Source of the DNA: Prorocentrum cordatum
Lineage: Eukaryota
Direction of reading: 5' to 3'
Assembly (NCBI GenBank): GCA_963575745.1
Contig: CAUYUJ010000203.1
Location: 124,001 to 188,000, forward strand
DNA length: 64,000 bases
Part shown: positions 53,388 to 62,714 of the stretch, piece after piece
Position numbering within the stretch: position 1 is the first letter of the stretch
Layout of the letters: every line of letters starts with the position of its first letter
The notes under the pieces: generated by a model
Databases searched by the model: none
What the model saw: only the letters and a program-made list of their open reading frames with translations
What the model was told of the DNA's origin: nothing
Position numbers and translations under genes: made by a program

Positions 53388-56300
53388 GTATATATACACA
53401 TTTGTCGTTCGAAATCCGCCTGTAGGAGGACACGCCGGACCTGAAACCACTCGGACCCCCATCTCGGAGGTTTCTGCATGGGCGTCTGCTGACGTCGGTC
53501 ATCCAGCAGGCACCGTCCTGCTCGCTCCGCTCAAGGGGCTGCCGCCCGCTGCCCGCGGCCCGCGCGGCGAACGCGCGCGCCGTGATCCTCTCCGACGCGG
53601 AGTGTGGGGCCTCACCATTGCTTGGGGGATTGGCCTTCGGAGGCCCCGAGCTGGCCAGACGCATCCGTGTCTATCCGCCTGCCGAGGTCCTCGAAGATCG
53701 CTCCCCCAGGCGGTGGTCTTCGGGGGCAGCGTTTGTGGGGGATGGGTTCAGGGGGAACTGCATCGACCCCCAGTCGCCCACTCATCGCCGATAGTGGCCT
53801 GGTAACCCGTCCCGCCTAGGAATGTGTGGTCTAGCTATTTGGGGTCTATTGCCGATCTATCGGTGCTGTAACGCCGATTCCAGGTCGATGTTTCCCCCCT
53901 GAGCCAGTTCCCCCTTCACATGGAACCTCAGGTGACGGATAAGCCCCCGCCTCGTGTCCGCCGTCTGCCCCGAAGTGGTCGGTGCACGGGCCCCTTTGAG
54001 AGCAGGGGGCAGCGAGTTGGAAGCGCCGCGAGGTCCGCTGATACGTAGCACCCCGCAGTTGCAGATAAGAGTGAGGGGGCGGGCGCGGGCGACGCGGGCG
54101 TCGAGCCGTTCACTGAGCGTTGTTTGGTTCGTTCAGTGAGAGTTCAGTGAACGTAAATTGGATCGTGGGTGGGTCGCGGGCTCTGCACCTCCACCTGGAA
54201 GGAATTCAAAAACAGCCTGCCGCAGGCGCCGAAAATTTTGATTTGTACACTGAACGCGGTTTGGGTCGCAGGTTTCCCACTTGGAACGAATGCAAAAGAA
54301 ACCCGCCGCAAGAGCCGAAATTTTGGGTTGTTCAGTGAACGTAGTTTGGGTCGCGGGTGGGTCGCGGGCTCACCACCTCCACCTGGAAGGAATTCAAAAG
54401 CAGCCCGCCGCAGGCGCCAAAATTTTGATGTGTACACTGAATGCGGTTTGGGTCGCGGGTGGGTTCCAGGTTCTCCACCTGGAACGAATGCACTAGAAGC
54501 CCGCCGCAGGCGCCGAAATTTTCGGGTGGGTCGCGGGGTGGGTCGCGGGTTGGGGTCGCGGGTGGGGTCGCGGGCGCGGTTTGGGTCGCGGGTGGGTCGC
54601 AGGTTTTCCATTGGGAACGAAAGCAAAAGAATCCCGCCGCAGGCGCCGAAAATTTCGGGTGGGTCGCGGGGTGGGTCGCGGGTGGGTCGCGGGTGGGTCG
54701 CGGGTGGTTCGCCGGTGGGTCTCGGGGTGGGTCGCGGGCGGGTCGCGGGGTGGGTCGCGGGTGGGTCGCGGCTGGGCCGCAGGTGGGTCGCGAGTGAGTC
54801 GCCGGGGGGTCTCGGGGTGGGTCGCGGGCGGGTCGCGTGGTGGGTCGCGGGTGGGTCGCGGGTGGGTCGCCGGGTGGTCGCGGGTGGGTCGCGGGGTGGG
54901 TCGCGAGTGNNNNNNNNNNNNNNNNNNNNNNNNNNNNNNNNNNNNNNNNNNNNNNNNNNNNNNNNNNNNNNNNNNNNNNNNNNNNNNNNNNNNNNNNNNN
55001 NNNNNNNNNGAGGAGAAGGAGGAACACGAGGCCTCCCATACCTTCAAAATGACGACTTGCCCCGCTAGAGAGACGTCGTTCGTGCCGGGGCCGCGCCGTC
55101 GCCGACCGTCCTTTCCTTCCTCCCCCCTTGCCTCCTTCCTCCAGGTCTTCCTTCCTCCTTCCTCCTTCCTTCACCTCTGTCCTCCTTCCTCCCCCATCCC
55201 AGTCTTCCTTCTCCCTCCCTCCTCCTTCCTTCTCAATCCTTCCTTCTCCCTCCTCCCAGTCTTCCTTCCTCCCTCGTCCTTCCTCCTTTCTTCCGGCCTT
55301 CCTCATTCCTCCCCCCTTGCCTCCGTCCTCTCTTCCTTCCTCCCTCCTTACCTTCCCCCGCCTCCTCTCAAGCATTGGCGAAGCATCCTGGCTCGCCTAG
55401 CGGCCCGCCAAAGAACGGTCTGAGAACCTCTTGTGGTCTGAATGGAGTGTTCCGAGAACGTTTCTTGCCGAGACTGGCTTAAAAGGAATGCCAGGACGGT
55501 CTGTCCCTGCTCAATCCCCCCGTGCGCGCGAGAGGTAGCGGGAGCGGGAGGAGGGCAGAGGAGCTGAACGGGGTGGGGAGGAGGGCTTCCTCGGGAGAGT
55601 CTGCGCCGGCAAGAAGGGGGTGGTGTGAGGGGGGAGGAGGAGGAGGAGAGTTGAGCGGTGAGAGGAGGTGCTCTGGCCTCTGGCAGCATCACCTGGCATC
55701 CACGGCATCCGAGGTAATTATTCAAGTCGGTGGCCTTCCGCGGAAGCGCCGAGGGGTCGCGCTGCCTCACCTCCTCCTCGGCTGCGCGCAAGGGCGACCC
55801 TTCGCCGGAGTGACCTCTGGTGCGCGGCTTTCAAGGGGCGCTGGAGGGCCGAACCCGAGGGCGCAGGCCGCTACGGTTGCATCGCGTACGACGATCGGTT
55901 CAAGAGTGCCTTTTCGCTGGGATCTGCTTGTGGTGCGGGCCCAGGGGGGTCCCCCGATCGCCCAACGCGATGCGGTAGTAGCGCCCTGCGCGCTTGTGTT
56001 TGGTCCCCCCGCGGCCCCCAAAACGCCGCGCACCAAAGGCCACTCTTGCCCAGGGTCACTCTTGCGTGTAGCCGACCAGCATGCCGTGCACCACAGCCTC
56101 TTGCCCAGGGCCGCGGGTCCCCTCCTGCGTGTCGCCGATGTGCCCGTCCTCCCCCCTGCGACGCCCCTTCCCTGGCCCTCTCCCGAGACGGCGGAGGGTC
56201 TGCACGCAGACGCGACCCGACCAGGGCCTCGACGCGGCTGCAGCCGTGGCGACGGGGGTGCCCCCCCGGAGGCCCCAAGACGAAGCCCAAAGACCCCGAT

Positions 56301-59300
56301 CGAAGGAGAGGGGGATCAGGGGTCGGGGAGGAGGAGGAGGAAGATAAGGATCCAGGGTCTAGGTCGCTCGTGGCGGATCCAGGATAGATGAGGAGGATCC
56401 CGAAAACTTACAAACGTCCGAGGAGGATCCCCAATCGGTGCTCCCCTATCCTCGGATACTCGACCCTCGACCCACGCACCACCACCCCGCACGCAGCCAC
56501 CCGCCCGCCGCCACCCTCCGTCCGGCTGGCTCACCCGCGGGAGCGCGAAGATCATAGCGCTGCGCGCGTCTCGCTCTGGGCCAGAGCGGCCGCCCTCCTC
56601 CAAGGAGGGCTCGAGGACAATCGCGCATCGCGGGTCCTGGAGCGCGACGCGCGAGGCGACCTATAGGTCCAACCGCCCCCGAGCCAGCGTTCGGCGCCCG
56701 CCGGCGCAGCGGCGGGCGCGGGCGGCGGGCGCGGCCGCGGGCGCCGCCGAAGCGGCGCGGTTGCCTCTCCGTCGGAGCGGCGGTGGCAGGCGCGGCTCGG
56801 CGACGGGGGCAGTCCCCCGCGGGCGCGGCGGCGCCGGCACTGGCGGCGTCAGCGCGCGGCGGGGTGGCCCCGAGCGGGGCGGCGGCGGCGGCGCCAGCGG
56901 CGAGCGGAGGCCACATCCACAAGGTGATCGAGCCGATCAGTTTCTTCCTCCAGCCGTACAACACGTGGTCGGACTACGTCTGGCGGGGCAGGGCGGGCCA
57001 CGTTCGGCAGCAGCGGGGGGGGGACAAGTGGCAAGCGTTCGAGGTAAAGAAGGAGGAGGAGGAGAAGCAGGAGGAGGTGAACAAAAAATTGTAGAGAAGG
57101 GGAGGAGGAGGCGGAGGAGGAGGAGGAGGAGGAGGAGGAAACCAGGAGGAGAGCCACGATCGCCCGATTTGCCCCGCAGGGGGGCCAAGGCGGCGGCCAG
57201 CGTGGCAGTCACCGGCCCATCGGGCCTGCGATTGACAACTACAGCCCCGCCACAAGGACCTTTTCCCTCGTCCCCTCCCCGACGGCTACCGGAGCAGGTG
57301 CACCAACGGCAAAGGCAAGGTCACCAACGACAAAAGCAAGGGTACCTTCCTCAAACCACACGACGATACCGCCAAACAATTCCGCGGAAGGGCGAGCATA
57401 GATACAAGAAGGGCAATGGAAAACAACAGCCCCAACGTGAAGGAGGCGTCCCCCCACCAGGAGGAGACAACGCGAGCCCAGCCAGGATTACAAAATCACC
57501 AGGACCATCAAAAGCGTCCTGCCAGAAACAATCTCCAATGAAAGGAAGATGGGAATAATGGCGGGGCCGCAAAACAACGGAAGACAGCAGCAGCCATCGT
57601 CAAGAACAGTGCCGTTGGATTCCATTTTCTGGATGCTGAGACCCACGTCGCCTCCACGAAGCCATGATCATCAGCAGCACCCCGCTCGACCCACAAACCA
57701 AAACCATCGAACGTACCAAACATGTGATGGAGGACCAATTCAAGAATGCCAAAGCACACCACAAGATGGTGGACATCTACCTGACAACGCCGGGGGGGAC
57801 ATCGCCGAACCTCACGCCGCCAGGAGTGACATCAACGACGCCATGGACGTCGTTCACAACGACACATGGGCAGCCGACGAAGAGGTAGAACCATGCCAGA
57901 CGGAACGCCCGACGAGAAGGGCTGCAACACTGGCTGCAAGGAGACATACGCGGGCCAGGGAGTCGACGCAGGGGCAGGACATCAGAACATGCCCAACAAC
58001 TTAGAAAGGAGGATAACCATCGCCTGTTGCATGACGTCAGAAACACCAAGAAGGAGGCCAAGGATAAGTTCGACAGCCTCAACGCTATCAAAAACTAGCC
58101 TGATGCCGCACGGGAAGAAGCTGCAGCCAAACTACACGAATTACATCACCCACGTGGCGCCGAGTCCAACGTCGAGGGCGAGCGGACCAATCTGAGACGC
58201 GTTGCAAGCGAACTATATATCCGAGTGAATCGAAATAGCCTGCCGCCTCCATGGATGCCCGAACGAGCCACAGCCAGGCTTCACAGCGAGGAGGACATGG
58301 CACCCATCAAGAAGGCCAACCAACATCGACTTCCGGAAGACCCGATTGCCCAAGGAAACGACGACATACATCGTGGAGTTTGAGATCAAGCTAGACAAGC
58401 TCTGCAAGCACAGCCTCAACGCCATGCATCAACATCTGCGGCTGGCAGAGAGGACAGCTGTCGAAATGGTCGCCTATTACAGAGAGACGACGACGGCGGG
58501 CCACCGCATCTCGACCATGGAAGGCCCCGGGGATCAACGACGTCGTCGAGCCGGTGGAGCTCCGCAGACAGGGACAGCACCGACAACCAGTTTTTCGGGG
58601 GAGCGTACGACCCGGGTTTGCCAGGACTCGGGTTCGCCATCGTTTTTTGACGACCGCGCCTCGGATTTTGACGAGGAGGAGTTTCGTGGGATGTCTTCAG
58701 CGGGAGGCCTCGTCAAAATGCAGGCTCGGCCTCGTCATTTTTTGACGACCTCGTCGGGGATTTCCGAGTCCCCTGTACCCAGGTCTTATGTCCCCCTGAG
58801 TTTTGCAAGGCGCACGTCGAAATATCAGACCGAAAAAGGCGCGCGGGGGCTGGTTTTCAACGCGGCGTCGCCGACAGCGAGAGGCAGGTGCGCGCCAGAG
58901 GCGCTACACAAGCTCGGCGTAATGAGCATTCGAGCCTTGGAAGCACGAGGGGAAATGAGCGCCGGGAGCAGACGCAACAGCATACAGCCCAAACAGAAGG
59001 TCGATTCCGATTTGCTCTGAAGTGAGGGGGGTTCGGCCCCCGCCAGCACAGCGAGGCCCATCGGCGCGAGATCGACTTGCGCGAGCAGAAGGCGGACACA
59101 CGAAGGCAATGGCACGCCACTCGCCAGAAGCGCACCCGGGAGGCCCACCAGGAGTACGTCTACGCCCAGCTAGCCACCGCTCATGCGCCAGAGCGCCTGC
59201 CGCAAGTCGAGATGCTAGACCAGCTCGAACAGGCGCCATCCACCGAGTCCCCCCGCGAAAACCCAGCGATCGTGACTTCCACGCTGCAGGCGGAGCCGAT

Positions 59301-62300
59301 GCCCGCGCCCGGCGCAACTCAGGGTGCCGCGCGACCTACCCAGACGCAAAGTGACGAGGCAGCCAGGGGCGCCGACAACATGGCAACACGTGCTCACAGG
59401 CGTAAATTCCCCCACCATGATTCTTAGAAAGTTGCGGGCGGATGAAACATAAAACGCCATGTCCGCCCCGGCCCCCCGTCGGAGGAGCGGATGCGCCAGA
59501 AGGAGGAGGAGGAGGAGGATGAAGAGGACGAGGACCAGGACGAGGACGAGGAAGAGGAGGAGGATGATGAGGAGGAGGAAGAATAATAATGTTAAGCAAA
59601 AGCATAAGCAAAAGTAGAAGCAGAAGCATAATAATAATACCTAGAATGATAATAAGACGACGAATAATAATACGAATAATAGTAACACTAACAGTAATAA
59701 TAACAATAATGATTAACATAATAGTAATCGTAGTAACAATAATAGTAATAGTAACAATCATAGTAATAGTAATAACAACACTAGTAGCAATATTAGTAAC
59801 AATAATAGTAATAATAATAACAATCGTAATAATAAGAGGAGGAGGAAGAAGAGGAGGAGGAGGAGGAGGAAGAGGCGGAGGCAGAGGCGTAGGAAGAGGA
59901 GGAGGAGGAGGAGGAATAAGAAGAAAAGGCATAATAATAAGAAGAAGACGAAGAAGAACAGGAGGACGAGGAGGAGGAGGAAGAAGAAGAGGAAGACGAA
60001 GAGGAAGAAGAGGAGGAGGAGGGGAGTAGGAGGAGGAGGGGGTGACGAGGAGGAGGAGGAGGAAGAACATGTGGACGGGGGTCATGGGGCAATATCTGGC
60101 ACCTCCCGGGCCGTCGAATGTGCCAGCCGTGGGGGCCGTTGGTCCTCCTCCACGCCTCCTCCTCCTCCTCCTCCTCCTCCTTCTCCCCCCTCCTCCTCCT
60201 CCTCCCCCCTCCTCCTCCTCCTCCTCCTCCTCCTCCTCCTCTTCGACCTTCTCCTCCTCGTCTCCCGCACGTCCCACTATCTTCCCAGGCCTACGAGAAC
60301 CAAAACGTGTTCACCCAAGCGCTGTCATGGCGCTGGAATTTGCGTCCCCGAGACAGACGGGCAGAGACCAGCGGATTCGGCTCTGCAGCGAAGCCGACTC
60401 CACAAGGGGTGCATGGGCCATCGCTATCGCTATCGCTACAGAGGATGGCCATGGGTTCGCATACCTTCGCACAGTTGCAGCCCAAACCTCAAGTGCTACA
60501 TCTAGCGGCGACTACGGCTAACTCACGTCCAAAACGTCAGACCAGGCAACTCTCATATGGGCCTACGCAATCTACGCGCAGAAGGACATATTACGGCAAC
60601 CCCCATGCAAGGGTCCACGCCGACTCCAAGGTGGCAAAGGGTCTTGCTGAAGAACGGTGCAGGTACGAACCAACCGTGACGTGTCAGCCACGGCCAGGCA
60701 TTACACGACCTTCCAGCAACATCAGCCGATTCCACACCGACCGCGTCTACGCCTACGCCGGCCGCCCGTGGAAAGAGCTTGCAGACTTGGTCGCCGAGAG
60801 GCAAACCAGCCGCTACGACAACAAGCCGCAAGCTGAATCGGCCAAAGCTCTCGACGCACAGAGCCACGACAAAAGGAGTAGCTGCGCCAAGCCGACGACG
60901 AAACGAAGAACGCATACCTCAAGTTGACCTCCAATGGGCAACAATTCATTGCACCCACGGCAGTACTTGCACCTGAGCACTTTCAACCACCCAATGATGA
61001 GAGCAGCAAAAGGTCGGCGTCGACATAGCGATTATTTTTTCTCATTCAACGCGCGCAGTTTCAAGCAACCAACCTACACCAGCGGGAAGCAGTACCGCAG
61101 GGTATCTTGGATCGAGGCCATCAAGTCCAATTTGGGTCATGCTGGTGATATGAGTGAATATATGAGAAAACGACGATTTATCGTCGACTCGAGACTGTTG
61201 AGCGTCAATTGGCGTCGACTCGCAAGAGCCAGCAAGATGACATGGGAGGCTGCCGCGAGTTTCCACAGGAGGCGGTACATTCAACACGGATTTTAAAGGC
61301 AGAGCGACTTTCCCATGTTTCCTTTGCATTTTTCTTCTTCGACCCATCCTTGGCCACTTTCGCTGGCCGTGCCCCTTTCGAAGGGTGTCGGCATGCCCCC
61401 CCCCCCCTCCAGGGCCCTTGCATCCGTCCCGTGCACCATTATTACTCGCTCTGACTGTAGGCCTCCGCGATGGGATTCGAGGAGATGGGGCCGGAGGAAC
61501 GCGCCGCGTCGCTGATGCCATGGCGATTCGGCTCGAGGTGGCCTCCCGACTTTCTCCACGCCGACGGCGCGGGAGCATCGCCGATGCGTCGGCGACGCAT
61601 TGGCGAGGCGGCGCGATCCACCGACCCCATCTACTCCGACCCCTGCCCGACCCTATGCAGGAGGCCTCCAGTGATGGCAAACTCTGGATGGGGCAATTAT
61701 CGTCCCTCCCCCCCCACCTTGGATCCGCTGAGGGTGTTGGGCACGTGCTGTCGGAACGGGTGGAGGGGGGGTTGGAGGAGGAGGAGGAGGAGGAGAATGA
61801 GGAGGAGGAGGAGGAGGAGGAGGAGGAGGAGGAGGAGTTGGAGGTGGAGGATGGGCTGGATGGGCAAGCTCCGTCGGAAGGTTTGTCGCCCACCCCTCGA
61901 TCAATGTTCCACCCATAGAAGGCTGTCGACGCAGAAGTCTATGCCTCCCGCCCGGCCGTTCTTGCCGTCCTCGTCCGCGCTCCGGTCACGCGCCGTCCCG
62001 CGGCCCCCGTGGCCCGGTTCGCCCGTGGGGGTTCTGGAGGGCGTGGCCTCGGCGGAGCGCAGTGCCTCGGGCGCCAACGGGAGGTGCCGTCGTGCAGTTG
62101 CGCACCGTTTCCACCGTGTTCCTCGGGTCGGGCGAAAGGGGGGGGTTGGGAAAGGGGGGGGTACGAAATCTGCTGCAGGCAGCTGGTTTCGGCCTCACCG
62201 AGGGGCCCGTTCCTCGATGCATGGCCGCCTCCGGCGCCGGGAGGCGCCGGGAAAATCAGCTACGTGAGCTGATTCTCAAGCCCCCCCTTTGCTATCCCCC

Positions 62301-62714
62301 CTTTTCGCCCGACCCGAGCCTGGCGAGGGGACAGGAAACAGGTGGAGGATGGTCTCAGAAGGGTTCGGGAGCAGGAAGGAGGAGGGGGGTGGAGAGTGAG
62401 AGGCAGAAAGGGCGAGGGACAAGACCATCTCGAAGTCAGCAGCAGTGGAGACGGAGTCGAGGAGGACGACAAGATGGGCAAGGCGATTGCCACGGAATAA
62501 CAGGCAAGTGGGACCCGCAGGATTTTCAGTTCAGTCCCAGGGGGGCGTTTGATGATTGTTGCCGCCGTTATGGAGTTGTATTTGCATTGATGGAGGGAGT
62601 CGGACTTGCCTTTGAGGAAGGGGGATTGGGAGGGACGTATTGTGGTGCGTCATGGTGGTGAAGCTTGCCTTCGACGAGATCCCAGACCTCTACTCTAACA
62701 TTAGACTGCACGGA
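6862..62714 (+). CDS. Polycystin/PKD2-like (TRPP) cation channel, partial multi-exon gene; 5' and 3' parts not identified or outside window
   Basis: Exons 6862-6894, 19283-19321, 27048-27089, 30740-30784, 32741-32806, 37240-37266, 47189-47270, 56910-56982 and 62633-~62714 splice in frame to EYMPVKSCPDE-VFHGSLFSGNCVP-GMEPNYMLEPEPQQ-AFFPYDTQYLNTSTR-VFLKAHTSQADLRAQLRELEDQ-VWLSPHTAK-VEIVYTTYNPHLNSMTLTFINFFMNRAG-HIHKVIEPISFFLQPYNTWSDYVW-DVLWCVMVVKLAFDEIPDLYSNIRLHG. The segment L..LE..WL...T..V.I....YN.......F...G parallels the PKD2 TOP-domain motif (WLDRGTRAxFIDFSVYNANINLF...GG) and is followed by a hydrophobic helix ending in E. All acceptors are AG|G and all 8 donors are GC. Confidence 0.8.
7088..7239. 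mobile_element. MITE family D (copies ~14915-15084, ~26190-26336)
   Basis: TIR ggtggacagacc / ggtc(c/t)gtccacc; shared body tgacacgtcgattag..gagagggcgtcgcggccgtcatt; flanks GATGG/GAGGG. Confidence 0.7.
7375..7510. repeat. 136-bp loopless palindrome
   Basis: Centre GAG|CTC at 7442/7443; one mismatch seen. Confidence 0.9.
9656..9678 (+). other. Possible degenerate DinoSL relict
   Basis: TCCGCAGCAATTTTTGGCTCCGG: 4 substitutions and 1 insertion relative to DinoSL. Confidence 0.4.
11200..11383. mobile_element. TA-flanked MITE; inverted copy at 58606-58788
   Basis: About 185 bp, high similarity between the two copies; TIR gacccggg/cccgggtc. Confidence 0.75.
11575..11768. mobile_element. TCGG...CCGA MITE family A copy
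   Basis: Close copy of 13207-13406; TSD CAATG/TAATG. Confidence 0.8.
12604..12989 (+). CDS. Putative three-exon fragment of a hypothetical protein (12604-12678, 12800-12832, 12891-12989)
   Basis: All three have AG|G acceptors and GC donors in phase 0, giving VKFSIGAGIIRGRMPKHQNTWAHDP-AFPQELHPTVK-EHLGRYRRWGEDEHPWKKHWKHMRDPGSCLSSL. No family recognised. Confidence 0.35.
13172..13559. mobile_element. TCGG...CCGA MITE (family C) with GAAGT TSD, carrying a nested family-A MITE (13207-13406, TSD AAGGG)
   Basis: TIR tcggcggcgagcgagggggg / cccccctcgctcgccgccga; 5-bp direct repeats at 13167-13171 and 13560-13564; inner AAGGG at 13202-13206 and 13407-13411. Confidence 0.85.
13663..14804. repeat. Inverted pair of ~350-380 bp repeats (13663-~14040 and ~14460-14804) enclosing lectin exon 1
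   Basis: taggagatcgattacagagttgtttga... is the reverse complement of ...tcaaacaactctgtaatcgatctccta, with high identity over more than 250 bp. Confidence 0.9.
14105..15977 (+). CDS. Secreted ricin-type beta-trefoil (ricin B-like) lectin-domain protein, 2 exons (14105-14301, 15323-15977), nested in a PKD2-like intron; no ATG at the apparent start
   Basis: Signal-peptide-like LPSSRLAAAVLAAAASLGLGGVRA. Three repeats: VQFHWVHDMARCVGV...GASLVLTSC, FIRVAGRPDLCVH...LRLWNC...NMQFIL, GSIRGLWNSTMCMGA...GEPMEMHEC (C-x-x-V...L-x-x-C subdomain pattern). Several N-glycosylation sequons (NCS, NRT, NST, NAT). A GT(14302)...AG|G(15323) intron keeps the frame; TGA stop at 15975-15977. Confidence 0.7.
16290..17845. 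repeat. (TATG)n/(TCTG)n and (GGT)n microsatellites
   Basis: Direct inspection. Confidence 0.95.
19283..19321 (+). CDS. PKD2-like exon b (VFHGSLFSGNCVP)
   Basis: gcgAG|GTG...CCG|GC, phase 0/0. Confidence 0.65.
19420..19582. repeat. Foldback/hairpin element
   Basis: gggcggctggaaagtttataccc...gggtataaactttccagccgccc core; imperfect arms extend to gcgaggaacggtat / ataccgttcttcgc. Confidence 0.85.
20560..23107. repeat. ~2.4 kb (CTA)n microsatellite followed by (CAT)n
   Basis: Direct inspection. Confidence 0.95.
24611..24814. mobile_element. MITE with ~45 bp TIR; partial copy ~45450-45552
   Basis: acgcccgagatgggcactgaaagaatgggcacgatgcccaacagc versus gctgttgggcatggtgcccattctttcggtacccatttcgggcgt. 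Confidence 0.7.
25987..26189. mobile_element. MITE family C copy (others at ~7565-7745 and 46483-46683)
   Basis: Shared CTTCTCAGAAG-rich body; TSD CTGAC here and GTACC/GTATC at the 46483 copy. Confidence 0.8.
27048..27089 (+). CDS. PKD2-like exon c (GMEPNYMLEPEPQQ)
   Basis: cgcAG|GGA...CAG|GC, phase 0/0. Confidence 0.65.
27491..27665. mobile_element. Tc1/mariner-like MITE (TA|CAGT...ACTG|TA); relatives at 8797-8955, ~5263-5450, ~26560-26680, 43383-43470
   Basis: CAGT/ACTG termini with TA on both sides; shared gccaagaaacaccc..ccagggtgcc and ggtctcaggg..ggaaggttt..ggtcg body. Confidence 0.7.
28782..28945. mobile_element. MITE with cgaggcggg/cccgcctcg TIR (copy 44087-44244; relative 15119-15320)
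   Basis: Shared body ggcggtggatatgga..tattcgggcccccaggggcc..ggggcaccaggacgtcggtt. Confidence 0.75.
30740..30784 (+). CDS. PKD2-like exon d (AFFPYDTQYLNTSTR)
   Basis: cgaAG|GCG...CGG|GC; the exact 3' boundary is less certain. Confidence 0.65.
32741..32806 (+). CDS. PKD2-like exon e (VFLKAHTSQADLRAQLRELEDQ)
   Basis: gcgAG|GTG...CAG|GC, phase 0/0. Confidence 0.75.
34025..34290. repeat. GATCGAT-based ~12 bp minisatellite
   Basis: atcgatcgtgag / atcgatggtgag units. Confidence 0.85.
35820..36660 (+). repeat. Three diverged ~330 bp tandem units
   Basis: gcagcgt...acgtggg(c/a)cgcaagcgtttgcg...taggca recurs at ~35825, ~36168 and ~36490. Confidence 0.75.
37240..37266 (+). CDS. PKD2-like exon f (VWLSPHTAK)
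   Basis: gccAG|GTC...AAG|GC; supplies the conserved W..(..)T motif between exons e and g. Confidence 0.75.
37740..43000 (+). repeat. CCAAGA-rich composite minisatellite array; inverted copy ~34600-35160
   Basis: Recurrent ccaagacggcccaagaggcctccaagatgg units punctuated by aaatcattgatt..ggtttttgaaggat..gcatttg modules. Confidence 0.9.
47189..47270 (+). CDS. PKD2-like exon g (VEIVYTTYNPHLNSMTLTFINFFMNRA+G)
   Basis: cccAG|GTC...GCAG|GC, ends in phase 1; carries the YN motif. Confidence 0.85.
47410..47565. mobile_element. CATCG-rich palindromic MITE (copies ~23689-23882, ~30263-30440, ~61482-61632)
   Basis: TIR agatggggtcgg / tcgacccatct and a catcgccgatgcatcg core in four copies. Confidence 0.7.
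47745..48170. repeat. Pentamer microsatellites (CTTAG)n, (GCATA)n, (GCAAA)n
   Basis: Direct inspection; they lie immediately upstream of the SL relict. Confidence 0.9.
48235..48256 (+). other. Relict dinoflagellate spliced-leader (DinoSL) copy
   Basis: TCCGTAACCATTTCGGCTCAAG versus consensus DCCGTAGCCATTTTGGCTCAAG: 20/22 identical. Confidence 0.85.
48531..51815 (+). repeat. Tandem duplication with ~1634 bp period, containing CTTCGTGGCCCC minisatellite; third partial start at 51816
   Basis: gaactctcattcttgaagaataa starts at 48531 and 50165; the two units are colinear. Confidence 0.9.
52840..54909. repeat. Inverted CCCGCGACCCA / TGGGTCGCGGG arrays around a TIR-bounded core (53311-54074)
   Basis: The arrays are on opposite strands; ttactcttacccgcatctgcggggtgctacg versus cgtagcaccccgcagttgcagataagagtga. 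Confidence 0.8.
54910..55009. other. Assembly gap (100 N)
   Basis: Run of N. Confidence 1.
56910..56982 (+). CDS. PKD2-like exon h (GHIHKVIEPISFFLQPYNTWSDYVW)
   Basis: cggAG|GC CAC...GTC TG|GC; the phase-1 start matches exon g and it ends in phase 2. Confidence 0.85.
57240..61000 (+). mobile_element. Second decayed retroelement-like region with RNase H remnant (~60360-60800), interrupted by MITEs and microsatellites
   Basis: A/C-rich fragmented coding-like sequence; AWAIAIA, VHADSKVA and RVYAYAGRPWKELADLVA (like the RNase H HVxAHxGxPWNELADxxA motif), followed by LQWATIH, which may be the start of an endonuclease. Confidence 0.5.
62123..62317. mobile_element. TCGGG...CCCGA MITE family B (copies 6536-6720, 28332-28525)
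   Basis: TIR tcgggtcgggcgaaaggggg / cccccttttcgcccgacccga; shared body cgaaatctgctgc..cagctggtttc..gctacgtgagctgattc; AAAGA flanks the 6536 copy on both sides. Confidence 0.8.
62633..62714 (+). CDS. PKD2-like exon i (DVLWCVMVVKLAFDEIPDLYSNIRLHG), TM helix
   Basis: gggAG|G GAC GTA TTG TGG; the first G completes the TGG codon split from exon h. The donor is ambiguous between 62712 and 62717. Confidence 0.75.
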
